Source: Candidatus Hydrothermarchaeota archaeon | GTDB lineage: Archaea > CAYFZR01 | Assembly: GCA_046760505.1 (NCBI GenBank) | Contig: JBHIEG010000001.1 | Location: 32,001 to 96,000, forward strand | Reading direction: 5' to 3' | Length of the DNA stretch: 64,000 bases | In this document: in pieces, positions 63,381 through 64,000 of the stretch | How positions within the stretch are numbered: position 1 is the first letter of the stretch | How the letters are laid out: each line of letters begins with the position of its first letter | Notes under the pieces: model-generated | Database searches by the model: none | What the model was told of the DNA's origin: nothing | The model's input: the letters and a program-made list of their open reading frames with translations, nothing else | Program-made: the position numbers and the translations under genes

Positions 63381-63527
63381 GATAAAATAAAACCATTATA
63401 TAACTCTGTTATAATGAAAAACCTTTAAAACAGCTAGAAGTAACAATACATCGTCAATTGATTTGTTGATGAACTTCTCAAAACTGTATAGAGAAAATAT
63501 ATATTAAATACCCGCTCATTTTTAAGC

Positions 63528-64000
63528 ATGCGTGAAAAGCCTATACCTGAAGAAATTTTAGATGCGTTTAACAGGTACAGAGGTTATGTATTACTGATAA
63601 AGGGAGATCCAGGAACCGGGAAAACAATATTTTCTCTTGAATTATTAAACGAATTGAGTAAAAATGGCAACGGAATTTACCTCTCTACTAGAGTATCTGG
63701 AAAGTATTTATACGATCATTTTCCATGGCTAAAAGGTGTTTTGTTTGAGGAAAATATATTAGATACGACCAAAGGCTACCTAATCGAGGCAAAAGATCCT
63801 AAGAAAGCGGTATTCTACAGTTCAAAGCCAGATTTTATCAAAACCATATATGAGAGAATACATCATTTAGAAAAACCAGTTACTTTAGTTATAGATAGTT
63901 GGGACGTTATATTTAACGATATAAAGGAAGCAAAGGATTTGGAAGATAATTTTATAGAGATATCTCGCGATACTGAAACGAATGTAGTTATGATAACGGA
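63528..64000 (+). CDS. GvpD/KaiC-like P-loop ATPase, 5' part (runs off window end)
   Basis: Manual translation: MREKPIPEEI...LLIKGDPGTGKTIFSLEL...YLSTRVS...FPWL...VIDSWD. Confidence 0.8.
   Translation, partial: MREKPIPEEILDAFNRYRGYVLLIKGDPGTGKTIFSLELLNELSKNGNGIYLSTRVSGKYLYDHFPWLKGVLFEENILDTTKGYLIEAKDPKKAVFYSSKPDFIKTIYERIHHLEKPVTLVIDSWDVIFNDIKEAKDLEDNFIEISRDTETNVVMIT

Overview
Gene-dense, AT-rich archaeal chromosomal window, probably from an anaerobic euryarchaeal-type lineage (archaeal histone, single-OB RPA/SSB, FtsZ, two Hsp20-Cdc48 operons, NrpR/GlnA/P-II, archaemetzincin, archaeal MtaB-type methylthiotransferase). About 60 CDSs were identified from motifs. I found no rRNA, tRNA, CRISPR array or transposase. 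Notable loci: (i) a corrinoid methyl-transfer cluster (two MtaA/URO-D-like proteins, corrinoid protein, RACo activator, HgdB-like protein, SAM methyltransferase) with no recognisable MtaB/MttB-type substrate methyltransferase; (ii) a translationally coupled MoxR AAA+ / HExxH-vWA / GXGXG-repeat triad next to an atypical HDAC and a GNAT; (iii) an mre11-rad50 pair without nurA/herA that overlaps tail-to-tail with a full Dna2-like Fe-S nuclease-helicase; (iv) a back-to-back Lrp/P-II junction with no promoter space and apparently clipped N-termini; (v) a perfect NrpR operator at glnA; (vi) a frameshifted C-GCAxxG-C-C remnant. All calls come from motif recognition only; no database searches were run.
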